A stretch of 44,374 nucleotides of DNA from an uncultured delta proteobacterium. Lineage in GTDB: Bacteria; Desulfobacterota; Binatia; UBA9968. Shown here one piece after another: positions 9,423-18,952 of this stretch; the stretch's first letter is position 1; each line of letters opens with the position of its first letter. Under the pieces are notes generated by a model, which worked only from the letters and a program-made list of their open reading frames with translations, made no database searches and was not told the origin of the DNA. The translations under genes were made by a program, and so were the position numbers. The DNA is taken from positions 1 to 44,374 of the forward strand of contig CAWJBB010000036.1 of assembly GCA_963840855.1 (NCBI GenBank), written 5' to 3'.

Positions 9423-9801
9423 CGATCTTTTCGATAAAGGCATGGCGGTGCGCAAGTCAGTCCTCGGCGCTGAATATGTCGCGCGCGCCGAAGCCAACAA
9501 GACCGACTTCGATGCAGACTGGCAGCATTACGCCACCGAGCATGCCTGGGGCGCGGTCTGGACCCGGCCGGGGCTCGAAAAGAGAACCCGCAGCATGCTC
9601 ACCATCGCCATGCTGGCCGCGTTGGGGCGCCATGAAGAACTCGGCGCGCATATTCGCGCGACGCGCAACACCGGGGTGACCCGTGATGAAGTAAAAGAAG
9701 TGCTGCTGCAAGTGGCGGTGTACGCCGGCGCTCCGGCAGCCAATGCGGCCTTCGCCATCGCCAAGCGGGTATATAAGGAAATGGAGAACGAAGGCAAGTA
9801 A
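9415..9801 (+). CDS. pcaC: 4-carboxymuconolactone decarboxylase
   Basis: GMAVRKSVLG, AWGAVWTRPGL, EVLLQVAVYAGAPAAN. TTG start at 9415 after GGAGGT, overlapping pcaD. Confidence 0.9.
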   Translation: MSDDLFDKGMAVRKSVLGAEYVARAEANKTDFDADWQHYATEHAWGAVWTRPGLEKRTRSMLTIAMLAALGRHEELGAHIRATRNTGVTRDEVKEVLLQVAVYAGAPAANAAFAIAKRVYKEMENEGK

Positions 9802-9819
9802 ACCCGCGGGGTCGGCGTT

Positions 9820-10533
9820 ATGAAAATCTCGGAGTACAGCCCGCGTGATTGGAAGTCCCACCCGCCCTATGTTTTCAAGGGGTATGGTTCGTCAATCAAG
9901 CGCGGGCCGCTCAAAAAGCTCGTGCCGATCAAGCAGACTCTATCGGAGATTACCGGGCCGCTGTTCAGCGATATAAAATTGGCGCCGGGTGAGAACGATC
10001 TCACGCGCGACGCTGCAACCGGAAAAGCGGCTATGGGCGAACGCATCATCGTTGTCGGTAAGGTTATGGATGAGGACGAAAAGCCCATTGCCAATACGCT
10101 GATTGAAATTTGGCAGGCCAACGCGGCAGGGCGCTACCATCATCCGGTGGATCAGCATAACGCGCCGCTCGACCCCAACTTCACCGGCGCGGGGCGCTGC
10201 GTGACCAATGAGAAAGGGGAATATCGTTATCTTACGATCAAGCCCGGCGCGTATCCCTGGCTCAATCATCCCAACGCCTGGCGCCCGGCGCACATTCATC
10301 TGTCGATTTTCGGCCCAAGTTTCGCGACCCGGCTGGTGACGCAGTTTTTCTTTCCCGGCGATCCGCTGCTTCCGATGGACCCGATTTTCAATTCGATTCC
10401 GACCAAGAGCGGCCGCCGGCGGCTCATGGCCTCTTACGCTCACGATGTCACGGAACCGGAGTACGCGTTGGGCTATCGTTTCGACATCGTGCTGCGCGGC
10501 CGCAAAGCGACGCCTTTTGCGGAACCGAGATGA
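9820..10533 (+). CDS. pcaH: Protocatechuate 3,4-dioxygenase beta subunit
   Basis: EIWQANAAGRYHH, TIKPGAYPW, WRPAHIHLS (Tyr/His iron ligands). Confidence 0.95.
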   Translation: MKISEYSPRDWKSHPPYVFKGYGSSIKRGPLKKLVPIKQTLSEITGPLFSDIKLAPGENDLTRDAATGKAAMGERIIVVGKVMDEDEKPIANTLIEIWQANAAGRYHHPVDQHNAPLDPNFTGAGRCVTNEKGEYRYLTIKPGAYPWLNHPNAWRPAHIHLSIFGPSFATRLVTQFFFPGDPLLPMDPIFNSIPTKSGRRRLMASYAHDVTEPEYALGYRFDIVLRGRKATPFAEPR

Positions 10534-11103
10534 AGAAGCAAACTCCGTCGCAAACCGTCGGGCCGTTCTACGCCATCGCGCTCACGAATAAAACCATGAA
10601 TGTGTTGGTCAACGAATCGACGCAAGGCCAACGTATTCGCATCGAGGGCCAAGTCTTCGACGGCGGCGAACAGGCGATCCCCGACGTCATGGTTGAGATC
10701 TGGCAAGCCAACGCTTATGGCCGCTATAACCATCCTGAGGATAAACAGGAAAAGCCGTTCGATGCGGCGTTCACCGGCTGGGGCCGTTCCGGTACCGACG
10801 AAAACTGTTTTTACAGCTTCGAGACGATCAAGCCCGGATCTGTGCCGGGCGCGGATGATACGGTGCAGGCGCCGCACTGTAACGTGACGGTCTTTGCGCG
10901 CGGCATGTTGGTGCACGCGTACACGCGCTGTGTATTTCGCCGACGACCCGGCAAACGAGAGCGATCCGGTGTTGAATTCAATCAGGAACAAAGCGCGCCG
11001 CGCCACGCTGATCGCCAATCGCGAAGACAAGAACGGGAAGACGGTTTATCGTTTTAACATCAGGCTCCAGGGGAAGGATGAAACGGTCTTCTTTGATGTG
11101 TGA
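10530..11103 (+). CDS. pcaG: Protocatechuate 3,4-dioxygenase alpha subunit, frameshift near 10928
   Basis: QTPSQTVGPF, EIWQAN, VFARGML, then after one extra base VYFADD...YRFNIRLQGKDETVFFDV. ATGA overlap with pcaH. Confidence 0.9.
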
Positions 11104-11189
11104 ACGAGGGCCAAGCAGGAAATTTGGAGTGATGGACTACTGGAGTGTTGGGGTGAAAACCTGACCATCGAGCGAAATCGTTCTTGAAC

Positions 11190-12542
11190 ATGGCGCCCGT
11201 ACTCGACTCGACAATCTTCGGTCCGCTATTCACTGACGATGAGATTTCCTCGTTTTTCACCGACGCGGCGTACGTTCAAGCGCTGGTCGAAGTCGAAATC
11301 GCTTTGGCGCGGGCCGAAGCCAGGCTTGGCGTAATTCCGGCGAAGGCAGCCCGTCAGATCGCCGCCGCGCGGGCCGATAAGATCGACGTTGCGGCGCTGG
11401 GCAAAGGAACGATCCGATCCGGGTTTCCGATAGTTGCTTTGGTCCAAGAACTGCGTAAGCAAGCCGGCGCCGATGCGGCGCCGTTTGTTCACTGGGGGGC
11501 GACGACCCAGGACATCATGGATACCGCATCCGTGCTCCAGGTGCGCGCCGCGATCGGAACCTTCAAGAGCCGCCTTCGAGAAATTGTCCAGTGTCTGAGC
11601 GAACTCGCTGATAAACATCGCGCTACCGTGCTCGCTGGGCGCACTCACGGTCAGCAGGCTCTGCCGATTACATTTGGCGTAAAAGTCGCTGCCTGGCTGG
11701 CGCCACTGGTGCGTCACGGGCGGCGGCTGGATGAAATCTCCGCGCGGTTGCTCGTCGTCCAGTTCGGCGGCGCCGCCGGCACCCTCGCGGCCCTGGGTGA
11801 CAAAGGGCTTGCGGTGGCGCAGGCGCTTGCCGATGAGCTCAAGCTCACGGCGCCGGAAATGCCCTGGCATGCGCAGCGCGACAACTTCGTCGAGTTCGCC
11901 AGCTGGCTGAGTTTGGTGACGGGGAGTCTCGCGAAGATGGCGCAGGATATTATCCTCATGGCGCAAACCGAAGTCGGCGAAGCGTCTGAATCCGCGGAAG
12001 AAGGTCGAGGCGGTAGCAGCACAATGCCACAGAAGAGCAATCCGATCACCAGCGAGCTGATCGTTGCCGCGGCGCGGACCAACGCTTCTTTGCTTTCGGC
12101 GCTGCACAATGCGCAAATCCAAGAACATGAGCGTGCCACGCACGGCTGGCAAATGGAATGGCTGGCGCTGCCGCAGATGATCATGCTTACCGGCGGTGGC
12201 CTGAAGCATGCGCTCTATCTGGCGCGGAACCTGCAAGTAGACACTGAAGCAATGAGGGCGAACATCGCTCGGGCCAATGACGTCATTTTAGCGGAGGGGG
12301 CGGTGTTCGCGCTGGCCAAATCGATGCCGCGACCAAAGGCGGAAGAACTGGTCAAGAGAGCCTGCGGCGCAGCTGTTTCCGAAAACAAACCACTCATCGA
12401 AGTCGTGAAAAGATTGGCCGGCGATTCGGTCAAAAAGGGCGAGATCGACTGGCAAGCTTTGGCCGAGCCCAGGAACTACCTCGGCGCAACCGAAGAAATC
12501 ATCAACCGCGTGCTCAAGAGCGCGGAAAAGTTTTTCCACTAG
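11190..12542 (+). CDS. pcaB: 3-carboxy-cis,cis-muconate cycloisomerase
   Basis: VHWGATTQD, GRTHGQQA, QFGGAAGTL, GGSSTMPQKSNP fumarase-superfamily signature. pca context. Confidence 0.9.
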   Translation: MAPVLDSTIFGPLFTDDEISSFFTDAAYVQALVEVEIALARAEARLGVIPAKAARQIAAARADKIDVAALGKGTIRSGFPIVALVQELRKQAGADAAPFVHWGATTQDIMDTASVLQVRAAIGTFKSRLREIVQCLSELADKHRATVLAGRTHGQQALPITFGVKVAAWLAPLVRHGRRLDEISARLLVVQFGGAAGTLAALGDKGLAVAQALADELKLTAPEMPWHAQRDNFVEFASWLSLVTGSLAKMAQDIILMAQTEVGEASESAEEGRGGSSTMPQKSNPITSELIVAAARTNASLLSALHNAQIQEHERATHGWQMEWLALPQMIMLTGGGLKHALYLARNLQVDTEAMRANIARANDVILAEGAVFALAKSMPRPKAEELVKRACGAAVSENKPLIEVVKRLAGDSVKKGEIDWQALAEPRNYLGATEEIINRVLKSAEKFFH

Positions 12543-12745
12543 CAGGTATCTCTGAAGTTCGTTACATAGGGCAATCGTCATTCCGGGCAACCCCCGCGAA
12601 AGCGGGGGGCGACCCGGAATCCAGGTCAATCAACAGCGTCTGGATACCCGCTGGAGCTTGTCCTGAGCCCAGCCGAAGGGCGGGCATGACGGTGGGAAGA
12701 CCATCGACTTCTTTCGCGAACTTCCGGGACAGGACACTACACTAG
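12539..12745. repeat. Composite palindromic REP/MITE-like intergenic element
   Basis: CGTCATTCCGGG...CCCGGAATCCAG and CTGGATACCCGC...GCGGGCATGACG hairpins (12576-12691). Outer GAAGTTCG/CGAACTTC inverted repeat. CTAG at both ends. Confidence 0.7.
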
Positions 12746-12751
12746 AGAGAT

Positions 12752-13684
12752 ATGAACAAAGCTGCAAAAGACAACAAACTCTCCTCCATGCGCGAAGCTA
12801 TCGCCGCATACGTAGTCGACGACTGCTCCGTCTGTATTGAAGGCTTCACCGGTTTTATTTCGTTCGCCGCCGGCCACGAGATTATCCGGCAGCGGCGCCG
12901 GGGCCTCACTTTGATCCGCATGACGCCGGATTTGATCTACGACCAGATGATCGCCGCCGGCACGGCGAGAAAACTGATATTCAGCTACACGGGCAATCCG
13001 GGCGTCGGTTCGCTTTACTGCATTCGCCGCGCGGTGGAGAAAGCGGTTCCTTGCCCGCTGGAGCTGGAGGAGTACTCACACTACGGCTTGGTGGGGCGGT
13101 ATGCGGCGGGCGCGACGCGGTCGCCCTTCTTTGCTTTACGGAGCTACGTCGGCTCAGACATGCTGGCGGCCAACCCGCTGATCAAACTGATCGACGATCC
13201 CTACGGCACGGGCAAGATCGCCGTCGTGCCGCCGCTCAACCCCGACGTGGCTATTCTTCACGCCCAGCGCGCGGACCGTCACGGAAACACGCAACTATGG
13301 GGTTTGCTCGGCATGCAAAAAGAAGTGGCGTTTGCTTCCAAGCACGTGATCGTAGCGGTCGAGGAAATTGTCGACGAATCGGTGATCCGCGCCGATCCCA
13401 ACCGTACCTTAATTCCCGGTTTGATCGTCGATGCAGTGGTGCATTCGCCCTACGGCGCGCACCCTTCGTACGTTCAGGGGTATTACGACCGTGACAACGA
13501 ATCCTATCTCGCCTGGGATAAGCTTTCCCAGGAGCACGCAGCGGTGATAGCGTGGCTCGACGAATGGGTTTACGGCCTTGAGAATCATGCGGCCTATCTG
13601 CGCAAGCTAGGTCAGGAGCATTTTGATAAACTCAAGCCGGAGCCTTTGTTGGCGCCGTCGGTTGACTACGGGAGGTATCGATGA
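12752..13684 (+). CDS. CoA-transferase subunit A (glutaconate CoA-transferase-like), probable 3-oxoadipate CoA-transferase
   Basis: EGFT, AAGHEIIRQ, PDVAILHAQRAD, PYGAHPS. Lies directly after pcaB. Confidence 0.85.
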   Translation: MNKAAKDNKLSSMREAIAAYVVDDCSVCIEGFTGFISFAAGHEIIRQRRRGLTLIRMTPDLIYDQMIAAGTARKLIFSYTGNPGVGSLYCIRRAVEKAVPCPLELEEYSHYGLVGRYAAGATRSPFFALRSYVGSDMLAANPLIKLIDDPYGTGKIAVVPPLNPDVAILHAQRADRHGNTQLWGLLGMQKEVAFASKHVIVAVEEIVDESVIRADPNRTLIPGLIVDAVVHSPYGAHPSYVQGYYDRDNESYLAWDKLSQEHAAVIAWLDEWVYGLENHAAYLRKLGQEHFDKLKPEPLLAPSVDYGRYR

Positions 13685-14448
13685 GCGAGCCGACCTACAC
13701 GGAGTCGGAAATGATGATCGCGGTGGCGGCGCGCATGCTGGAAGGGGCGCGCACTGTTTTTGTCGGGGTCGGCTTGCCCAATATCGCCTGCAACCTGGCG
13801 CGCTACACTGTCGCGCCCGATATGGAGCTCATTTACGAGTCTGGTGTTTACGGCGCGCGGCCGGAGCGGTTGCCGCTTTCCATAGGAGATCCGACCTTGG
13901 TGAGCGGAGCGACTTCGGTTGTCTCCATGGCGGATCTGTTCGGCTTGTACTTACAGCGGGGCTTGGTCGAGATAGCGCTGCTCGGCGGAGCGCAGATCGA
14001 CCGATACGGCAACTTGAATTCGACGGTTATCGGCGCATACGCGAAGCCGAAAACACGACTGCCGGGAAGCGGCGGCGCCTGTGAGATCGCCACTAACGCG
14101 CAACGGACGTTTATGATCATGCGGCTCAAACGCCGCGCGTTCGTGGAGAAGCTCGATTTTCTCACCAGCCCCGGTCATCTCACCGGCGGTGACAGCCGCG
14201 CCCGGCTGGGTTTGCCCGGCGGCGGGCCGGAACTGGTGATCACCGACAAAGCGATTTTAAATTTCGCCAATCCTGAGCGCGAAATGCAGTTAACCGCTCT
14301 TTATCCCGGTGTCACACGCGAAGACGTGCAGGCTGAAGTCGGCTGGCCGCTGCGTCTGGCCGACACCATCCAGGAAACCGCCGCGCCGACCACCGAAGAG
14401 CTGCGTTTGATCCGCGAAGAAGTCGATCCCCACGCGATGTATCGGTGA
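13681..14448 (+). CDS. CoA-transferase subunit B
   Basis: FVGVGLP, IYESG (catalytic Glu), GGAQIDRYGNLNST, RLPGSGGA. ATGA overlap with subunit A. Confidence 0.85.
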   Translation: MSEPTYTESEMMIAVAARMLEGARTVFVGVGLPNIACNLARYTVAPDMELIYESGVYGARPERLPLSIGDPTLVSGATSVVSMADLFGLYLQRGLVEIALLGGAQIDRYGNLNSTVIGAYAKPKTRLPGSGGACEIATNAQRTFMIMRLKRRAFVEKLDFLTSPGHLTGGDSRARLGLPGGGPELVITDKAILNFANPEREMQLTALYPGVTREDVQAEVGWPLRLADTIQETAAPTTEELRLIREEVDPHAMYR

Positions 14449-14549
14449 TTCCGAGTCTCCATTCAGACCGTGACCGACCGTTTACTGTCCGGGCGAATTG
14501 CGTAGGCCATCCTTCTAGCAGAGCTTTACGGAATTGAAACGCGTGCTCT

Positions 14550-14675
14550 ATGCTCTGTAAAGGCATACGGCAAATACCGCCGCCCACCACGCCGTTTCTT
14601 TGAGATCACAATTTGTGATCTCAAAAGTTTCACTTCTTCATCTGACAGTTGGAACATGAAATCAGCGGGAAAACG
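14550..14675 (-). pseudogene. Internal fragment of an ORF6N-domain (phage antirepressor-like DNA-binding) gene
   Basis: Minus strand reads RFPADFMFQLSDEEVKLLRSQIVISKKRRGGRRYLPYAFTEH, the conserved ORF6N core, with no start and no normal C-terminus. Confidence 0.75.
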
Positions 14676-14748
14676 GTATTGAACGGTCCGCGGTATTGAA
14701 TAGCGGTTGAACGATCGAAACGGGCCTCGGTCCTATGTGAGGCGTGGC

Positions 14749-14776
14749 TTGACTGGATTTCGGGTGTGTATACAAT
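14749..14776 (+). promoter_or_regulatory. Putative sigma70 promoter of the vapBC pair
   Basis: TTGACT-16 nt-TACAAT with overlapping TGTATACA palindrome. GGGAGG RBS downstream. Confidence 0.5.
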
Positions 14777-14804
14777 TAATTATGATCTGTATAGGGAGGG
14801 AGAC

Positions 14805-14996
14805 ATGCGATCGAATCTAAAACGGAAAAACTACTATCTAGACGAAAAAAAGATTCGCCGGGTACGCACCATTTTGGGTAAGAAGACGGAGACCGAGGCC
14901 ATCGATGCCGCATTGGACTTGGTGGTATTCAAAAAGGAGATTCTTGCATCACTGGAGAAAGTCGCCGGTAAGGGCGGCGTCGAGAAAGTTTTCTAG
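14805..14996 (+). CDS. VapB-like antitoxin (ribbon-helix-helix type)
   Basis: 63 aa, RKNYYLDEKKIRRVRTILGKKTETEAIDAAL. Stop overlaps the start of the PIN gene. Confidence 0.75.
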   Translation: MRSNLKRKNYYLDEKKIRRVRTILGKKTETEAIDAALDLVVFKKEILASLEKVAGKGGVEKVF

Positions 14997-15428
14997 TGGC
15001 CAAACATTTGATCGATAGCGATCTTTACATTGACCTCATCCAAAACCGAGCCACACTGCCTATTTTAAGGGAACTCTACGAAAACGATGCGCCAGGGATC
15101 TATTTTAGCTCGATCGTCATTCAAGAGTTGTTGGCCGGCGCTCGTGGCCCGAGAGCAAGAACCCAGGTAGAAACTCTTTATCGGCCCTTCGAGAGGGCCG
15201 GGAGGATCGTAACTCCGAACCACTCCCAGTGGAAAGATTCTGGCAACATGCAGGCCAAGGCGCTTACAATGCGGCCGGATTTAAAGAATAAGCTCCCGAC
15301 TCTCGTCAATGATTGCCTTCTCGCGCTCAGCGCAAGATCGATTGGCGCGACTCTATATACCAGGAATCGGAGACGATTTCATGGTTCTGAAGCGCCTTCG
15401 TTCGTTCAACTTAGTCGTAATCACCTGA
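14996..15428 (+). CDS. VapC-type PIN-domain toxin, frameshift near 15374
   Basis: LIDSD, SSIVIQELLAG, VNDCLLA, LYTRN(R)DF. Corrected frame ends ...LVVIT* at 15428. Confidence 0.85.
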
Positions 15429-15523
15429 ATAACGTCTGGCCTCAAACAGTCGCCCAATATTCGATGAGGGGCGTCACCCGGTGGTTTCTTTGTTAAAGTT
15501 TTGACAACTGCGAAATAGCCTTT

Positions 15524-15665
15524 TTATTCTCCTTCGCCGAATACCTCGCAGCTTGCTGCGAGGATGAAGGTGAGGAGAACCCTCCGTAGCCTTGGCGAAG
15601 GAGGGTGGAAGGGCTTCGGAGAATTTCGCAAAGATACCTCGGAGCTTTGCTCCGAGGAGCTTCAT
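15524..15665. repeat. Twin-hairpin element (IS200/IS605-end/REP-like)
   Basis: ATA-CCTCGCAGC-TT-GCTGCGAGG (hairpin 15544-15563) and ATA-CCTCGGAGC-TTT-GCTCCGAGG (hairpin 15637-15657) flank CCCTCCGTAGCCTTGGCGAAGGAGGG. Confidence 0.65.
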
Positions 15666-15956
15666 TTTGACGTTTCAGGAACTCCCGACGGACCCTCATC
15701 CAAGTCGTAGCCGTGATAAACGATTTGAACAGGAGCGCAGCGGTTGAACGATTGAAACGTCTGGAACGGGCATCGGTATTGAATAGCCACGACCACGTCT
15801 TTTCCCCCAATTTTATCCTTTTGCCTTTAGCTGTCCTCCTTTGCTATTCTCCATACGCCTCGATCCGGGATGTGGCGCCTTAGACCGGTTTTCCGAGCGC
15901 AAACCCGATTCAAGTTTTGCTTCAGGTTTAGGATCAGTCGATCTCTTTGAGATAAA

Positions 15957-18952
15957 ATGCCGCAAGTCGTCATCGAAAATCCCGTTCTCAACTCCGCCTT
16001 CGATGAACCGACGCGCCATTTCCGATTCACCGACGAAGGCATCACCAACGAGATCGTTGAAGGCCGCCGGACCAGTTCGTATTTCGTTCCGATACCGCGC
16101 CCAAAGAAAAAGGCGAAGCAGCTTGCCTTCGACACCGAGTGGACCCAGGACCGCATCGAAGAGAACAGGCTCGTCAACCGACATCCGCGCGCCGCGTCGT
16201 CCTGTGGCGCAGCGGGGGCTACGTCGGCGTGACGCCCGACGACCGCGCAGCTTGCTCGACTACTGGACCGATCCCGACCGCGAGAAGAAGCTCTTCTTCT
16301 GCCAGATCGAAGCCCTCGAAACCGCCATCTACATCACCGAGGTCGCCAAGAAATACGGCGATGCCTGGATCGAGAACGCGACTTCGCGCGGCCAACGACA
16401 CCTCGAACCCCGGCCTGCCGCGCATGGCGTTCAAGATGGCCACCGGCTCCGGCAAGACCGTCGTCATGGCGATGCTCATCGCCTGGCACACGCTCAACAA
16501 GCTCGCCAACCCGCAGGACGCCCGCTTCTCCGACACCTTCCTGATCGTCACGCCCGGCATCACCATCCGCGACCGGCTGCGCGTGCTGCTGCCGAACGAC
16601 CCGGACAACTACTACCGCCAGCGCGACATCGTCCCGCCGCCACCTGCTGGAACAGCTCGGGCAGGCCAAAATCCTCATCACCAACTTCCACGCCTTCCAA
16701 GCTGCGCGAGAAGGTCGCCGCCGGCAAGCTCACCAAGGCGATTCTCGCCGACGGGCAGCCAAGCACGTTCACCGAGACCCCCGACCAGATGGTGCGCCGC
16801 GTCTGTCGCGAGTTGGGCACCAAGAAGAACATCATCGTCATCAACGACGAAGCCCATCACTGCTACCGCCGCAAACCCGACGGCGAGGACGAACACGCTC
16901 ACCGGCGACGATCGCAACGAGGCCGAAGCAGCGCGACGAAGAGGCCCGCATCTGGATTTCCGGCATCGAGGCCGTGAAAGCCAAGATCGGCGTGAAGGCC
17001 ATCTACGACCTGTCGGCCACGCCGTTCTTCCTGCGCGGCTCCGGCTACCCCGAAGGCACGCTCTTCCCTTGGGTCGTCTCCGACTTCTCGCTGATCGACG
17101 CCATCGAGTCCGGCATCGTCAAGGTGCCCCGCGTGCCGGTGGCCGACGACTCGATGACCGGCGACCAGCCGACCTACCGCGACCTGTGGCTGCGCATCCG
17201 CGAGGACCTGCCGAGGAAGGGCCGCAAGACCGACGCCGTCGAGTGGCGAACCGAAGCTCCCCGTCGAACTGCAAGGGGCGCTGCACAGCCTCTACAGCAA
17301 CTACGAGAAGTACTACCGCCTGTGGGAGCAGAACGCCGAGGCCCGCGGCCGTGGCAGTCTGACGCCGCCGGTGTTCATCGTCGTCTGCAACAACACCAAC
17401 GTCTCCAAACTGGTCTTCGACTACATCGCCGGCTGGGAAAAGCCGATCGGCGACCAGACGATCGTCCAGGCCGGGCAACTGCCCATCTTCCGCAACGACG
17501 ACGGCCACGGCGCCTGGCTGCACCGCCCGAACACCATCCTGGTGGACAGCCAGCAACTCGAATCCGGCGAGGCCATGAGCGACGATTTCAAGAAGATCGC
17601 CGCCCGCGAAATCGACGAGTTCAAGGCCGAATACCGCGCCCGCTTCCCCGGCCGCGATACCGAGCGACCTGACCGACGAAGACCTGCTCCGCGAGGTGAT
17701 GAACACGGTCGGCAAGGCCGGCAAGCTCGGCGAACACGTCAAGTGCGTCGTCAGCGTCTCGATGCTGACCGAGGGCTGGGACGCCAACACCGTCACCCAC
17801 GTCCTCGGCGTGCGCGCCTTCGGCACGCAACTGCTCTGCGAGCAGGTGGTCGGCCGGCCCTGCGCCGCATGAGCTATGCCGCCAACGCCGACGGCCATGT
17901 TCGACCCCGAATACGCCGAGGTCTACGGCGTGCCGTTCTCCTTCATTCCCGTGCAGCGGCTCCACCACAGACCCCAAGCCCGGCCCGCTGCCCACCCGCG
18001 TCCGCGCCCTGGAAGACCGCATCGCCTGCGAGATCACCTTCCCCCGACTGCTCGGCTACCGCTACGACATGGCCGGCGAGCGGCTCACCGCCACTTTCAC
18101 CGACGACTCCAGGCTCGCCCTCTCCACCGCCGACATCCCCACCAAGACCGAGAACGCGCCCATCGTCGGCGAGATCCAGCATCCACACCCTCGACGACCT
18201 CAAACGCCGCCGCGCCCAACGAAGTCGCTTTCCTGCTGGCCAAGCTGACGCTGGAGAAATACTTCCGCGACGACGACGGCAACGACAAGCCCTGGCTTTT
18301 CCCGCAACTGCTCGGCATCGCCAAACGCTGGCTGGCCGAATGCGTCACGCTCAAGGACAACACCTTCCCGCAACTGCTGCTGCTGCATCGAGTTCGCCCA
18401 CGACGCCGCCGACCGCATCTACAAGGCCATCGTCGCCTCGACCGACGGCACGGCGGCGCTCAAGCCGATCCTGCGCCCCTACGACACCATCGGCTCCACC
18501 CGTTATGTCGATTTCGACACCACCCGCGCCGTCTATCGCGACCCGCGCCGACAAGTGCCACGTCTCCCATGTCGTGGCCGACACCGACTCGTGGGAACAG
18601 AAGATGGCCCAAGCCCTCGAAGACATGCCCGAGGTCATCCGCTACGTCAAGAACCACAACCTCGGCTTCACCATCCCCTACACGCTGAACGGCGAAGAAC
18701 AGCACTACCATCCCCGACTTCATCGCCTGCATCGACGACGGCCACGGCCCCGACGACCTGCTCAACCTGATCGTCGAAGTCACCGGCGAGCAGAAGAAGG
18801 ACAAGGCCGCCAAGGTCGCCACGGCGCGCACGCTGTGGGTGCCGGCGGTGAACAACCACGGCGGTTTCGGGCGCTGGGCGTTTATCGAAATCGCCGATCC
18901 GTGGGACGCGAAAAACGCAATCCGATCGACTCTGGGAGCATCCGATGAGTGA
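15957..18952 (+). CDS. Type III-like restriction subunit (SF2 helicase + C-terminal PD-(D/E)xK nuclease), many frameshifts
   Basis: Across frames: [58 protein letters not shown]...LIVEVTG, ending [25 protein letters not shown]. Confidence 0.85.

Noticed and set aside
15474-15665. 63-aa minus-strand ORF (MKLLGAKLRG...) as a protein gene
   Set aside because: It coincides with a palindromic repeat element and has no recognisable domain, so it is probably a by-product of the repeat.
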